NCBI GenBank assembly: GCA_030746935.1 | Contig: JASLLV010000002.1 | Coordinates: 1 to 43,764, forward strand | Length of the DNA: 43,764 nucleotides | Source of the DNA: Rhodospirillales bacterium | GTDB taxonomy: Bacteria > Pseudomonadota > Alphaproteobacteria > Rhodospirillales > JASLLV01 | Direction: 5' to 3' | In this document: in pieces, positions 15,736-23,499 of the stretch | Layout of the letters: each line of letters starts with the position of its first letter | Position numbering within the stretch: position 1 is the first letter of the stretch | The notes under the pieces: generated by a model | What the model was told of the DNA's origin: nothing | Seen by the model: only the letters and a program-made list of their open reading frames with translations | Database searches by the model: none | Program-made: the position numbers and the translations under genes

Positions 15736-16988
15736 GTCGCCCCGACGGTGGCCGCGAAGGATTCGAGCGCGCCGACGAAACAGGCGAGCGGGGCGCGAAC
15801 GATCCCGGCGCCCACCTGTCCGACGCCGGCCTCGCGGTGGGCGATTCCAGTATTGATGGTGGGCGCGACGCCGGTCTCGACCACCTTGCGGATGTCGATA
15901 CCCGTGGGCGTGCCGGCGAATTCGAGGGCCGGCAATGTCCAGGCGGGGTTTCGGGCGGCCGTGATCTCGTACATCGCGCGGGTATGCGCTATCGCTTCGG
16001 CCGCGCCGCCTGCGCCTACGAAGCCTGCCACCGCCGGCGCGGCGGCCATGGCGAAGCCCCCCAGGCCAACGGTCTCGACGATCGTCGAATCACCGATGTC
16101 GGGATTGGCATCCACCTCGTCGAAGCCCGGGAAGTAGAGGCCCTGGGGCATTTCGACAGGGGCGGTGAACCATTCGTCACCGGTCGCGCTCACGCGCACG
16201 CCGAAATCGGTGCCGTTGCGCGACATGGCCGTGACGATGGAGCAGCCCTCGATCCCGCGGACCGGATCCATCAGCGCCTTCGCCATGCCCATGGCGATGT
16301 TGAGGAAGAACTGATCGTTGCCGGAGACGAATTCGAGGATGGTCGCGAGCTTACCGGCCTCGCCCATTGTCCGGGCCAGCGCCGGCGCGATCGCCCGCAC
16401 CGTCAGCCCCGTACAGGCGACGTTGCGCTGATGCATCTCGTCACCCATGGCGAGCCCCTTGGCGACGATCGGTTTCAAGGGGATACCGCCGAGGCTGCGG
16501 ATCGCTTGCCCCATCGCCGGGCCGAGATCGCTCGCGATCCAGCGCAGCCGTGCGAGAACCTCTTCGTCGTTGCCGCCGAAGCGCATCACCTTGCCCAGCC
16601 CCTCGTTCACGGTGATGTAGGCGCGGTTCCCGAAGGCCCGGTTCTCGAAGACCATGACGGGCATGGTGCGTGTCGTGATGCCGGTCATGGGGCCGACGGC
16701 GTCGAAGTGATGGTTCGGATGGAAGGCGAGGGCGCCCGATCCGGCTAGGCGCTCGGCCTCCGCCAGGTCCTTGGCCCAGCCCTCGAGGACCGCGGCTCCG
16801 GCGATGGCGCCGCGGAGCGGGCCGCACATGGCCTCCCACGCGATCGGCGGTCCGGCATGGAGGACGACCCGGTCTTCGAGGCCCGCGATCACATCTGCCG
16901 CCGGGCGCACGTCGAGAAGGACCGGATCGCCCGCGAAGATCCGCTCGACGGCTTCGCGATTGGCCTTCTCGATACGATCCGCGAGCAT
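15732..16988 (-). CDS. DUF1116 (YlbE/YahG-like) protein
   Basis: 418 aa. Blocks: LHAGPPIAWEAMCGPLRGAI, HHFDAVGPMTGI, NEGLGKVMRFGGNDEEV, AMGDEMHQRNVA. Confidence 0.83.
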   Translation of the reverse strand: MLADRIEKANREAVERIFAGDPVLLDVRPAADVIAGLEDRVVLHAGPPIAWEAMCGPLRGAIAGAAVLEGWAKDLAEAERLAGSGALAFHPNHHFDAVGPMTGITTRTMPVMVFENRAFGNRAYITVNEGLGKVMRFGGNDEEVLARLRWIASDLGPAMGQAIRSLGGIPLKPIVAKGLAMGDEMHQRNVACTGLTVRAIAPALARTMGEAGKLATILEFVSGNDQFFLNIAMGMAKALMDPVRGIEGCSIVTAMSRNGTDFGVRVSATGDEWFTAPVEMPQGLYFPGFDEVDANPDIGDSTIVETVGLGGFAMAAAPAVAGFVGAGGAAEAIAHTRAMYEITAARNPAWTLPALEFAGTPTGIDIRKVVETGVAPTINTGIAHREAGVGQVGAGIVRAPLACFVGALESFAATVGAT

Positions 16989-17003
16989 TGAGGTTCCCGA
17001 GTC

Positions 17004-17174
17004 CTACGAGCCGAGTTTCGACAAAAGCTCGCGAAGCCTCTCATCGCCGCCCGCGGACGGCGACCAATCCACTTCGATGACGGGAACCCCTTGATCGTGG
17101 AGATCGCGGGTGAACCGTTCGAGCCCGACGTTCACTACCCGAAGCGGCGCCCTGAGCAGCTCGTCGATGTCCAT
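17004..17174 (-). CDS. unlisted 56-codon ORF immediately upstream of DUF1116
   Basis: Hand translation of the minus strand from ATG 17174 to TAG 17004: MDIDELLRAPLRVVNVGLERFTRDLHDQGVPVIEVDWSPSAGGDERLRELLSKLGS. Third codon positions are G/C-rich like the neighbouring genes. AAGG lies 9 nt upstream, and the stop is 15 nt before the DUF1116 ATG. It is below the 60-aa cut-off of the ORF track. Confidence 0.5.
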   Translation of the reverse strand: MDIDELLRAPLRVVNVGLERFTRDLHDQGVPVIEVDWSPSAGGDERLRELLSKLGS

Positions 17175-17359
17175 CGCTCAACCTTGCGTTCGAAAGATCG
17201 TCGGGTGAAGAAATCCGGCGTCGAGGTGGAGCGCATCGTATTGCAGCGCAGGCGCGCGAACAAGCGGGGCCCGAAGGCGGTGTCCGCTTGCCCGCGCCCA
17301 ACGCAACCAATAAGCTCAGGCGGGCGAATGGTCTTTCAAAGCAAGAGGATGAACGGCCG

Positions 17360-18604
17360 ATGGCGGATGCGCCGGAGTTGTTCGACGAGCTCGACCCGCC
17401 GCCCCGACTGATGATGGGGCCGGGCCCGATCAACGCCGACCCCCGGGTCCTTCGCGCCATGTCGATGCCACTGCTGGGGCAGTTCGACCCCGCATTCACC
17501 AGTTATATGGACGAGGTGATGCGGCTCTTGCGCCAGCTATTCCGGACCGAGAACCGCTGGGCGTTTCTCGTAAACGGCACCGCGCGGGCCGGGATCGAGG
17601 CCATTCTCACCTCGCTGATCGAGCCCGGGGACAAGGTGCTCGTTCCCGTCTTCGGCCGTTTCGGCCATCTCTTGTGCGAAATCGCCGAACGCTCGGGGGC
17701 GTCGCTCGCGACCATCGAGACCGAATGGGGCACGGTGTTCGAGGCGAGCCGAATCGAGGCCGCGATCCGCGAACACCGCCCCAAGCTGGTCGCGTTGGTG
17801 CACGGCGACACCTCGACCACCATGGCCCAGCCCTTGGACGAGATCGGCCCGCTCTGCCGCCGGTACGGCGCGTTGTTGTATGTGGATGCGACGGCGACCA
17901 TCGGCGGCATGGACGTGGCGGTGGACGCGTGGATGCTGGACGCGGTTTCGGTGGGGCTTCAGAAGTGCTTGTCGGGTCCGCCCGGTTGCGCGCCCATCAC
18001 ATTCAACGCTCGTGTCGAGGAAGCGGTGCTGCGCCGCAAGCGGATTGAGCGGGGGCTCGCGTCCGGCGACGCAACACCCGCCAATGCGGCGCCGATCCAG
18101 TCAAACTATTTCGATCTGCCCATGCTGATGGACTATTGGAGCGAAGACCGCCTCAACCACCATACCGAGGCCACGTCGATGCTGTATGCGGCGCGCGAGT
18201 GCTTCCGGATCGCCCTACGCGAGGGGCAATCGGTGCGAATCGCGCGCCACGAGCTCGCCTCGCGGGCGCTTACGGCGGGGCTGAGCGCCATGGACCTCGG
18301 GCTATTCGGCGACCAGGACCACAAGATGACGAACGCGACCGGCGTCGTGATCCCCGGCGGCCTCGATGGCGAGCAGGTGCGCACGCGCATGCTCGACGAC
18401 TTCGGGATCGAGATCGGAACGTCCTTCGGCCCGCTCAAGGGGCGGATCTGGCGGATCGGCACCATGGGGTACAATTGCCGCAAGCAGAACGTGCTCGCGT
18501 GCCTCGGGGCCCTTGACGCGACGTTGCGCCAGGGCGGCCACGCCTGCACCCCCGGCGCCGCCGTCGACGCGGCGATCGCCGTCTACCGCACCGCCGGGCA
18601 ATGA
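17360..18604 (+). CDS. class-V aminotransferase (serine/alanine/ureidoglycine-glyoxylate aminotransferase type)
   Basis: ORF trimmed to ATG 17360 (MADAPELF...), with AAGAGGA upstream. Motifs: [24 protein letters not shown], and [13 protein letters not shown] (PLP lysine). Confidence 0.88.
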   Translation: MADAPELFDELDPPPRLMMGPGPINADPRVLRAMSMPLLGQFDPAFTSYMDEVMRLLRQLFRTENRWAFLVNGTARAGIEAILTSLIEPGDKVLVPVFGRFGHLLCEIAERSGASLATIETEWGTVFEASRIEAAIREHRPKLVALVHGDTSTTMAQPLDEIGPLCRRYGALLYVDATATIGGMDVAVDAWMLDAVSVGLQKCLSGPPGCAPITFNARVEEAVLRRKRIERGLASGDATPANAAPIQSNYFDLPMLMDYWSEDRLNHHTEATSMLYAARECFRIALREGQSVRIARHELASRALTAGLSAMDLGLFGDQDHKMTNATGVVIPGGLDGEQVRTRMLDDFGIEIGTSFGPLKGRIWRIGTMGYNCRKQNVLACLGALDATLRQGGHACTPGAAVDAAIAVYRTAGQ

Positions 18605-18640
18605 GCCAGGCAATCAGTCGGGCAATGTGTCGGGCGCCGG

Positions 18641-18660
18641 GCCCGCGCTAGGGCGCGGGC
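18641..18660 (+). terminator. possible weak terminator hairpin after the aminotransferase gene
   Basis: GCCCGCGC-TAGG-GCGCGGGC, an 8-bp stem followed only by TT. Confidence 0.3.
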
Positions 18661-18697
18661 TTGCGCGGCGTGCGCCATGATCCTACCTTCGCCTGGT

Positions 18698-18775
<78 letters not shown>

Positions 18776-18788
18776 TAAATTCAAGCTC

Positions 18789-18998
18789 TTACTGGTCATG
18801 GCCGATGTCCCCATTGGCCGGTTTGTCAGCCGGTTTGCCACTCGATGTTTTCCATCGGTTCATGGCCTGGACTGCCAGAACCTTCTGGTTCGCGCCCCTT
18901 CCGTAGTGCGAGACCATTGCCAGGCTCGCGTGCCCCGTGATGGCCTGGACCTGTTGGGGAGTGCACCCGTAATGGGCCGTTAGATTCGGGCGTGCAAA
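18789..18998 (-). pseudogene. C-terminal fragment (about 65 aa) of a tyrosine recombinase/phage integrase
   Basis: The tail of ORF 18789..19169(-) reads ...LTAHYGCTPQQVQAITGHASLAMVSHYGRGANQKVLAVQAM.... The His and catalytic Tyr blocks are retained, but no N-terminal or core domain is present. The stop lies 15 nt from the tRNA-Pro 3' end, in a low-GC context. Confidence 0.7.
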
Positions 18999-19082
18999 AA
19001 TGTCAGACTTTGAGCATAATTCGGGTAGTTTTTGGACACATAGAGTCTGACAGCACCTTGATGTAAAAAGAAAAGCTTCCAA

Positions 19083-19125
19083 TTTGGGAGCAAGGGGTCG
19101 GAGGCTTGAATCCTCTCGCCCCGAC
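19083..19125 (+). repeat. direct repeat of the 3' half of tRNA-Pro (att-like scar)
   Basis: 19083..19125 matches 18730..18772 at 39 of 43 positions by hand alignment. The mismatches sit in the T loop/arm. Confidence 0.85.
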
Positions 19126-19156
19126 ATAAGGACGTGAGACGACTGACGAGGGCCCC

Positions 19157-19453
19157 ATGCCGAATGCACGCATCTACCTTCCTGCCAAGACCGCCATGCA
19201 GTCGGGGCACCGGAACACCCGCGCGTGGGTTTTGGAGTTCGAACCCCAGGCGCGGAAGTCGCACGACCCCCTCACGGGCTGGATCGGGTCCACTGACACC
19301 TTGGGCCAAGTGCGCCTGACGTTCGAATCGAAAGAGGACGCGATCGCGTACGCGAGGAAGCACCGGATCGATTGCCGGGTGCAGGAGCCGCAAACGCGAC
19401 ACTGGCGGCCCAAGAGATATGCCGACAACTTCCGCTGGGACCGGGTGATCTGA
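19157..19453 (+). CDS. ETC complex I subunit conserved-region protein (NDUFS4-like)
   Basis: 98 aa: ARIYLPAKTAMQSGHRNTRAWVLEFEP....DPLTGWIGSTDTLGQVRLTFESKEDAIAYARKHRI. This is the typical alphaproteobacterial NDUFS4-family sequence. Confidence 0.8.
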   Translation: MPNARIYLPAKTAMQSGHRNTRAWVLEFEPQARKSHDPLTGWIGSTDTLGQVRLTFESKEDAIAYARKHRIDCRVQEPQTRHWRPKRYADNFRWDRVI

Positions 19454-19468
19454 CAGTGGTCCCCTGAC

Positions 19469-19545
19469 GCGCCCGTAGCTCAACCGGATAGAGCACGAGC
19501 CTTCTAAGCTTGTGGTTGCAGGTTCGAGTCCTGCCGGGCGCGCCA
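19469..19545 (+). tRNA. tRNA-Arg (anticodon UCU)
   Basis: Acceptor GCGCCCG/CGGGCGC, D stem GCTC/GAGC, anticodon stem CGAGC/GCTTG with loop CTTCTAA, T arm GCAGG-TTCGAGT-CCTGC, and an encoded CCA. Confidence 0.95.
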
Positions 19546-19551
19546 TTCCTG

Positions 19552-19700
19552 TTCAAAGTTGGGCACTGCTGGTGGCACGGGCACCTCTGCCCACTCCTCG
19601 CGCTTTTTCTGTCGTCGAGTGTGGCTGTCGCGCCGATTGAAGTAGTGCGACCCGACGTAGGCGGTGTTGGTCAGGATTTCGTGGAACAACTGGACCGTGA
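19552..19700 (-). pseudogene. internal fragment of a large serine recombinase ('Recombinase' domain)
   Basis: ORF 19504..19755(-) contains FHEILTNTAYVGSHYFNRRDSHTRRQKKREEWAEVPVPPAVPNFEQEW. This resembles the IL.NP.Y.G....NR......EW......P.I....F block of large serine recombinases. No resolvase catalytic domain or C-terminal part is present. Confidence 0.5.
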
Positions 19701-19752
19701 ATGGCGTGCTACGGCGGGTTTGTGTACCTTGCCCCCTTCGCCGGCCCGTCGG

Positions 19753-19788
19753 CAAAAGAAAACGCCGGACCTAGGGCGGTCCGGCGTC
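19753..19788 (-). terminator. strong Rho-independent terminator on the minus strand with no CDS upstream
   Basis: Minus-strand read: ACGCCGGACC-GCCCUA-GGUCCGGCGU followed by UUUCUUUUG. The stem is 10 bp, perfect and GC-rich. Confidence 0.7.
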
Positions 19789-19855
19789 TTGCGCAAAGAG
19801 TAGAGTATGGTCAGAGGACTTAAAGGAGGGAGGGAAAATCGCTGACCATGACGCT
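19753..19855 (-). ncRNA. candidate small RNA: hairpin with a CCCUCCCUCC (anti-Shine-Dalgarno) loop plus terminator
   Basis: The 8-bp stem AUGGUCAG/CUGACCAU (19849-19842 / 19814-19807) encloses the loop CGAUUUUCCCUCCCUCCUUUAAGUCCU, and the terminator above lies 19 nt downstream. The 5' end is not defined and no promoter was identified. Confidence 0.3.
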
Positions 19856-20076
19856 ATACTCGGGAAATTCCGTGCGCCGCGCATTGATTTGGATCAATGC
19901 CGCGCATTCTGCCCTGCCTCCCGCCTTCGCGAGCCCCGCTTCGGCGGGCAAAGGAAGGTCACCGGCCCCCCTTCGCCTGCCGGCGCGTAGTTTGGAAATG
20001 CTCGGGCCTGCGATCTTTGTGTTACGCTGGCACGAGCCGTCCGGCGCACGCTCGCCGCGCCTCAGGGAAGCCGAAG

Positions 20077-21080
20077 GTGACGAACCAGAAGGCGCCAATT
20101 TTCCGCCGAAGTCGCGCGGGTCTGCGTTTCATCGCCGGCTTAGCGCTCGCCGCCGCGGGGCAACCAGTTCCCTCATTCGCCACCGTTCCGGTCGATCTCG
20201 AGCTTGTGCTCGCGGTCGACGTTTCGGGAAGCATGGACCGCGAAGAAGCCGAAATGCAGCGCGCCGGCTATGTGTCGGCTTTGGTCGATCCGAAGGTGCT
20301 CCGAGCGATCCGGTCGGGTTATCACGGTCGCATCGCGGCGACCTACGTCGAGTGGTCCGGCTGGGACTACAACGAAGTGATCACCGACTGGAGGTTGCTC
20401 GACAACGAAGAAAGCGTCCGCGCGTTCTCGGACGTCATCGCCGCCGCGCCGTTGACGCGTGGCCGTTATACGTCCATCAGCGGTGCCATCGAGTTCTCGC
20501 TGCCGTTGTTCGACGAGAATGCATACGAAGGCAAGCGACGCGTCATCGACGTCTCCGGAGACGGGCCCCCAACAACGCGGGCCGCCTGGTCGTCGTGGCG
20601 CGGGACGAGGCGATTGCTGCGGGGATCACCGTCAACGGCCTTCCCATCGTCAATGACCGAATCGATCCCTTCGGCTGGCCACAATTGCCGCATCTCGACC
20701 TCTACTACGAAAGCTGCGTTATCGGCGGGCCGCGGGCTTTCATGGTCGTTGCCGAAGGCTTTCACTCGTTCGCCGCCGCGATCCGCAAAAAACTCGTGAT
20801 CGAGATCGTCGATCTCGGGCCCGGGGACGCGGAGTGGACCGGGCTTAGGTGCGCGCCGTCCAACGTGCTGCGCGCCGCATCCGAGGGTCGCGCGCCGTCC
20901 TATTCCGGCCGTTTCGCGCACGCGAAGCCCCGGCCAGAACTCTTGCACAGGGCCTCGGGCGGCGCCGTGCCCGGCCCAGCAAGCCTCGCCCAAGTTGTGG
21001 CGCCGAGTTGCGACGCGGGCGAGAAGATGCTTCATCGAAGAATGATGCAATTGCAGTGGAACCTGGATCAGAACCGTTAG
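20077..21080 (+). pseudogene. DUF1194 (vWA-like) exported protein, frame broken in a GGGCCCCC run
   Basis: Frame of ORF 19897..20799: GTG 20077, RRSRAGLRFIAGLALAAAG signal, then VDLELVLAVDVSGSMD...RRVIDVSGDGP. After 20566-20570 the sequence continues in the frame of ORF 19848..21080: NNAGRLVVVARDEAIAAGITVNGLPIVND...YYESCVIGGPRAFMVVA. Confidence 0.7.
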
Positions 21081-21193
21081 GGCGATTGGTTCTTGTTCCC
21101 GACCTCTGATTCCTTCGGGTGCTCGCGCCGATGGCCCACACCGAACGCGCTTGCGAAGCGTCGGCATCCGTCCGGTGATCGCGGCGGCGACAC

Positions 21194-22114
21194 ATGAAAT
21201 CACCATTTCTTCCATTCTCGCGACAGCGGACTGCGGGTCCGAGCACGATCCGGGGCATGGGTTACATGCTGGTCATGGCGGTCTGCGCCAGCGCCCTGAA
21301 CGCCACCGTCAAGTATCTGTCGGCCGAAGTGCATCCCTTCGAGATCACGTTCTTTCGCGCACTCTTCGGGTTTCTCGCGTTCGTACCTTTGTTCGTGCGC
21401 CACGGTTGGGCGCCGCTCAGGACCGAGCGCCTCGGCCTACATGCCGTGCGCGGGATCCTAACCGGCGTCGGATTGCTCATTTTGTTCTGGGGATTGGGCA
21501 TGACCCCACTCGCGAAAGCCCAGGCGCTGTCGTTCTCGACGCCGCTGTTCGCCACTTTTCTGGCCTTTACGTTGCTCGGCGAGAAGATCCGCGTCCGCCG
21601 GCTCGTCGCGCTGGCGGCAGGCTTTGCCGGCACAATCGTGGTTTTGCGCCCGGGGGTGATCGAGGTGGGCGCCGGGCCGTTGCTGATCCTGTTATCGGCC
21701 ATCGCGTTCGGGGGCATGATGATCGCCATCAAGATGCTCTCGCGCACCGAGTCCAGCACCACCATCACCGTCTACATGGCGATTTTCACGACGCCCTTGA
21801 CGTTTATCGTGGCGCTGTTCGTGTGGCAGACGCCAACGTGGTCGCAGCTAGGCATCATGGCGGCGATCGGTTTCCTTTCCACGTTCATCCACCTTTGCCT
21901 GGCCCAGGCGATCAAGGAGGCCGACATGACCGCGGTTCTCCCCGTCAACTTCACGTCCCTGATCTGGGCCGCGGTCATAGGGTTCGCGATCTTCGGCGAG
22001 ACCCCGGACGCCGGCACCTGGATCGGCGGAACCATCATCTTCGTCGCCGTTGTCTCCATCGCCTTTCTCGAGAGGCAGGCGCGAGGCAAGACCGCGCCGC
22101 CGGCGCCGGTTTGA
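21194..22114 (+). CDS. DMT-superfamily (EamA) transporter, paralog 1
   Basis: 306 aa, 10 TM, two EamA halves. Aligns end to end with paralog 2 (…RGMGYMLVMAV…HPFEITFFRALFG…TPLAKAQALSFSTPLFATFLA…). Confidence 0.9.
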   Translation: MKSPFLPFSRQRTAGPSTIRGMGYMLVMAVCASALNATVKYLSAEVHPFEITFFRALFGFLAFVPLFVRHGWAPLRTERLGLHAVRGILTGVGLLILFWGLGMTPLAKAQALSFSTPLFATFLAFTLLGEKIRVRRLVALAAGFAGTIVVLRPGVIEVGAGPLLILLSAIAFGGMMIAIKMLSRTESSTTITVYMAIFTTPLTFIVALFVWQTPTWSQLGIMAAIGFLSTFIHLCLAQAIKEADMTAVLPVNFTSLIWAAVIGFAIFGETPDAGTWIGGTIIFVAVVSIAFLERQARGKTAPPAPV

Positions 22115-22142
22115 AGCGGGCGAACGGCGCCGGAATAGGCGC

Positions 22143-23069
22143 GTGAGCGACGACACCCTTCCTTCGCCGCGCCCGCCGGGCGCTGGGGCACCGAGGACCA
22201 TGAGGGGCATGGCATTCATGCTGCTCGCCTCGCTCGCGGTAGCGGCGATGAACGCCTGCGTTCGCCACGTCTCGGGCGAGTTGCATCCCTTCGAAATCGC
22301 GTTCTTCCGTTCGCTCTTCGGTCTCGCCGTTCTGGCGCCGATACTCATCCGCCTCGGGTTCGCGCCCTTCCGGACGCGAAAGCTCCACGTGCACGCCGTT
22401 CGCGGCGCCCTGATCGCCGCCTCGATGATGACCGGCTTTTGGGGGCTCAGCCTGGTTCCGCTCGCCAAGTTCACGGCGCTTTTCTTCTCGGCGCCGCTGT
22501 TCGGCACGGTTCTCGCCTGGATCGCGCTTCGCGAAAAGGTGCGCTTTCCGCGGCTGGTCGCGCTAGCAGTGGGTTTCGCCGGAACCCTCATCATTCTGCG
22601 CCCGGGTGGGAGCGGGTTCGACCCGGGCACCGTCCTAGCGGTGATGGCGGCGGCGCTGTGGGGCGTCGGCATGATCGTGATCAAGGTGTTGGCGCGAACC
22701 GAAAGCAACGTGACGATCACCGTTTACGTCTATTTGTTCGTCACCCCGATCGCGTTCGTGGCAGCGCTTGGGTTCTGGCAGACGCCGACGATCGAACAAC
22801 TCGCCTGGCTCGCCCTGATCGGCGCGTTCGGGACCACGGTCCACATGAGCCTCGCGCAGGCGTTCCGCGACGCGGACGTGACCGCGGTGCTGCCGCTCGA
22901 GTTCACGAAGCTGATCTGGGCGTCCGCGATCGGCTTCGCCGCTTTCGCCGAAATTCCCGACCTCTGGACCTGGGTCGGCGGAGGCGTGATCTTCTCGTCC
23001 GCCGCCTTCATCGCCCACCACGAGCGCCCAGGCGGTCCCGGCGGGACGTCCGGACGGGACGGGGCCTGA
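22143..23069 (+). CDS. DMT-superfamily (EamA) transporter, paralog 2
   Basis: ORF 22050..23069. The GTG 22143 start was chosen by alignment with the N-termini of paralogs 1 and 3 (T[ILM][RK]GM). An alternative ATG is at 22200. Blocks: HPFEIAFFRSLFG, VPLAKFTALFFSAPLFGTVLA. Confidence 0.85.
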   Translation: MSDDTLPSPRPPGAGAPRTMRGMAFMLLASLAVAAMNACVRHVSGELHPFEIAFFRSLFGLAVLAPILIRLGFAPFRTRKLHVHAVRGALIAASMMTGFWGLSLVPLAKFTALFFSAPLFGTVLAWIALREKVRFPRLVALAVGFAGTLIILRPGGSGFDPGTVLAVMAAALWGVGMIVIKVLARTESNVTITVYVYLFVTPIAFVAALGFWQTPTIEQLAWLALIGAFGTTVHMSLAQAFRDADVTAVLPLEFTKLIWASAIGFAAFAEIPDLWTWVGGGVIFSSAAFIAHHERPGGPGGTSGRDGA

Positions 23070-23072
23070 GCC

Positions 23073-23490
23073 ATGAATGCGAGGGAAGGCGGCACCGACA
23101 CCCTCAAGGGAATGGCGTTCATGGGGGTTTCGACCATGGCGGTCGCCTCGGTGAATGCCATCGGCCACCACGTCTCCGTCGAGATCCACCCCTTCGAGAT
23201 CGTGTTTTTCCGAAGCATGATCTCTGTTTTCGTTCTCGCGCCCGTGATCGTCCGGCGAAAGTTCACGCCGCTCCGAACCCGCCGGCTGGCGTTGCTGGTG
23301 GCGCGTGGCCTACTCGACGGCGCATCCGCGCTGTTATTCTTCGTCGCGCTGAGCTTGTCCCCGCTTGCGAAGGTGACGGCGCTCAGCTTTTCTGCGCCCC
23401 TGTTCGCCACCGTTCTCGCGATCCTTTTCCTGGGTGAGGCCCTTCGCGTCCGCCGCGTAGCCGCGCTCCTGGTCGGCGGCGCAATAGCGG
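23073..23490 (+). pseudogene. DMT/EamA paralog 3, truncated after the first EamA half
   Basis: Residues 1 to about 137 align with paralogs 1 and 2 (LKGMAFMGV…HPFEIVFFRSMIS…SPLAKVTALSFSAPLFATVLA…RVRRVAALLVGGA). The ORF then runs on to 23624 as non-membrane text (IAGRPWAESAGPTTIKTATSR...). Confidence 0.65.
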
Positions 23491-23499
23491 GAAGACCCT

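Noticed and set aside
13456-16137. 893-aa plus-strand ORF spanning DUF2877, fdrA and DUF1116
   Set aside because: The composition is Arg/Gly/Ala-rich and low-complexity, with no recognisable motif. It overlaps well-supported genes: in an alternative frame of the same-strand DUF2877 gene, and antisense to fdrA and DUF1116. This is a typical high-GC open-frame artefact. The same reasoning applies to 517..1851(+), 6981..8702(+), 30011..31876(+), 37667..39133(+), 41019..42083(+) and other long antisense ORFs in the track.
19825-19850. Very strong SD-like AAGGAGGGAGGG followed by ATG 19848, which opens the 410-aa ORF 19848..21080
   Set aside because: The spacing from the G-run to the ATG is about 13 nt or more. 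The first 240 or so codons of that frame are Arg-rich nonsense, and only the part after the 20566 frameshift is DUF1194. The purine run is better explained as the complement of the CCCUCCCUCC loop of a minus-strand RNA.
21088-21102. GTTCTTGTTCCCGAC, resembling the imuA LexA box
   Set aside because: Only the first GTTC half-site is present, and the second is CGAC. It does not fit GTTC-N7-GTTC.
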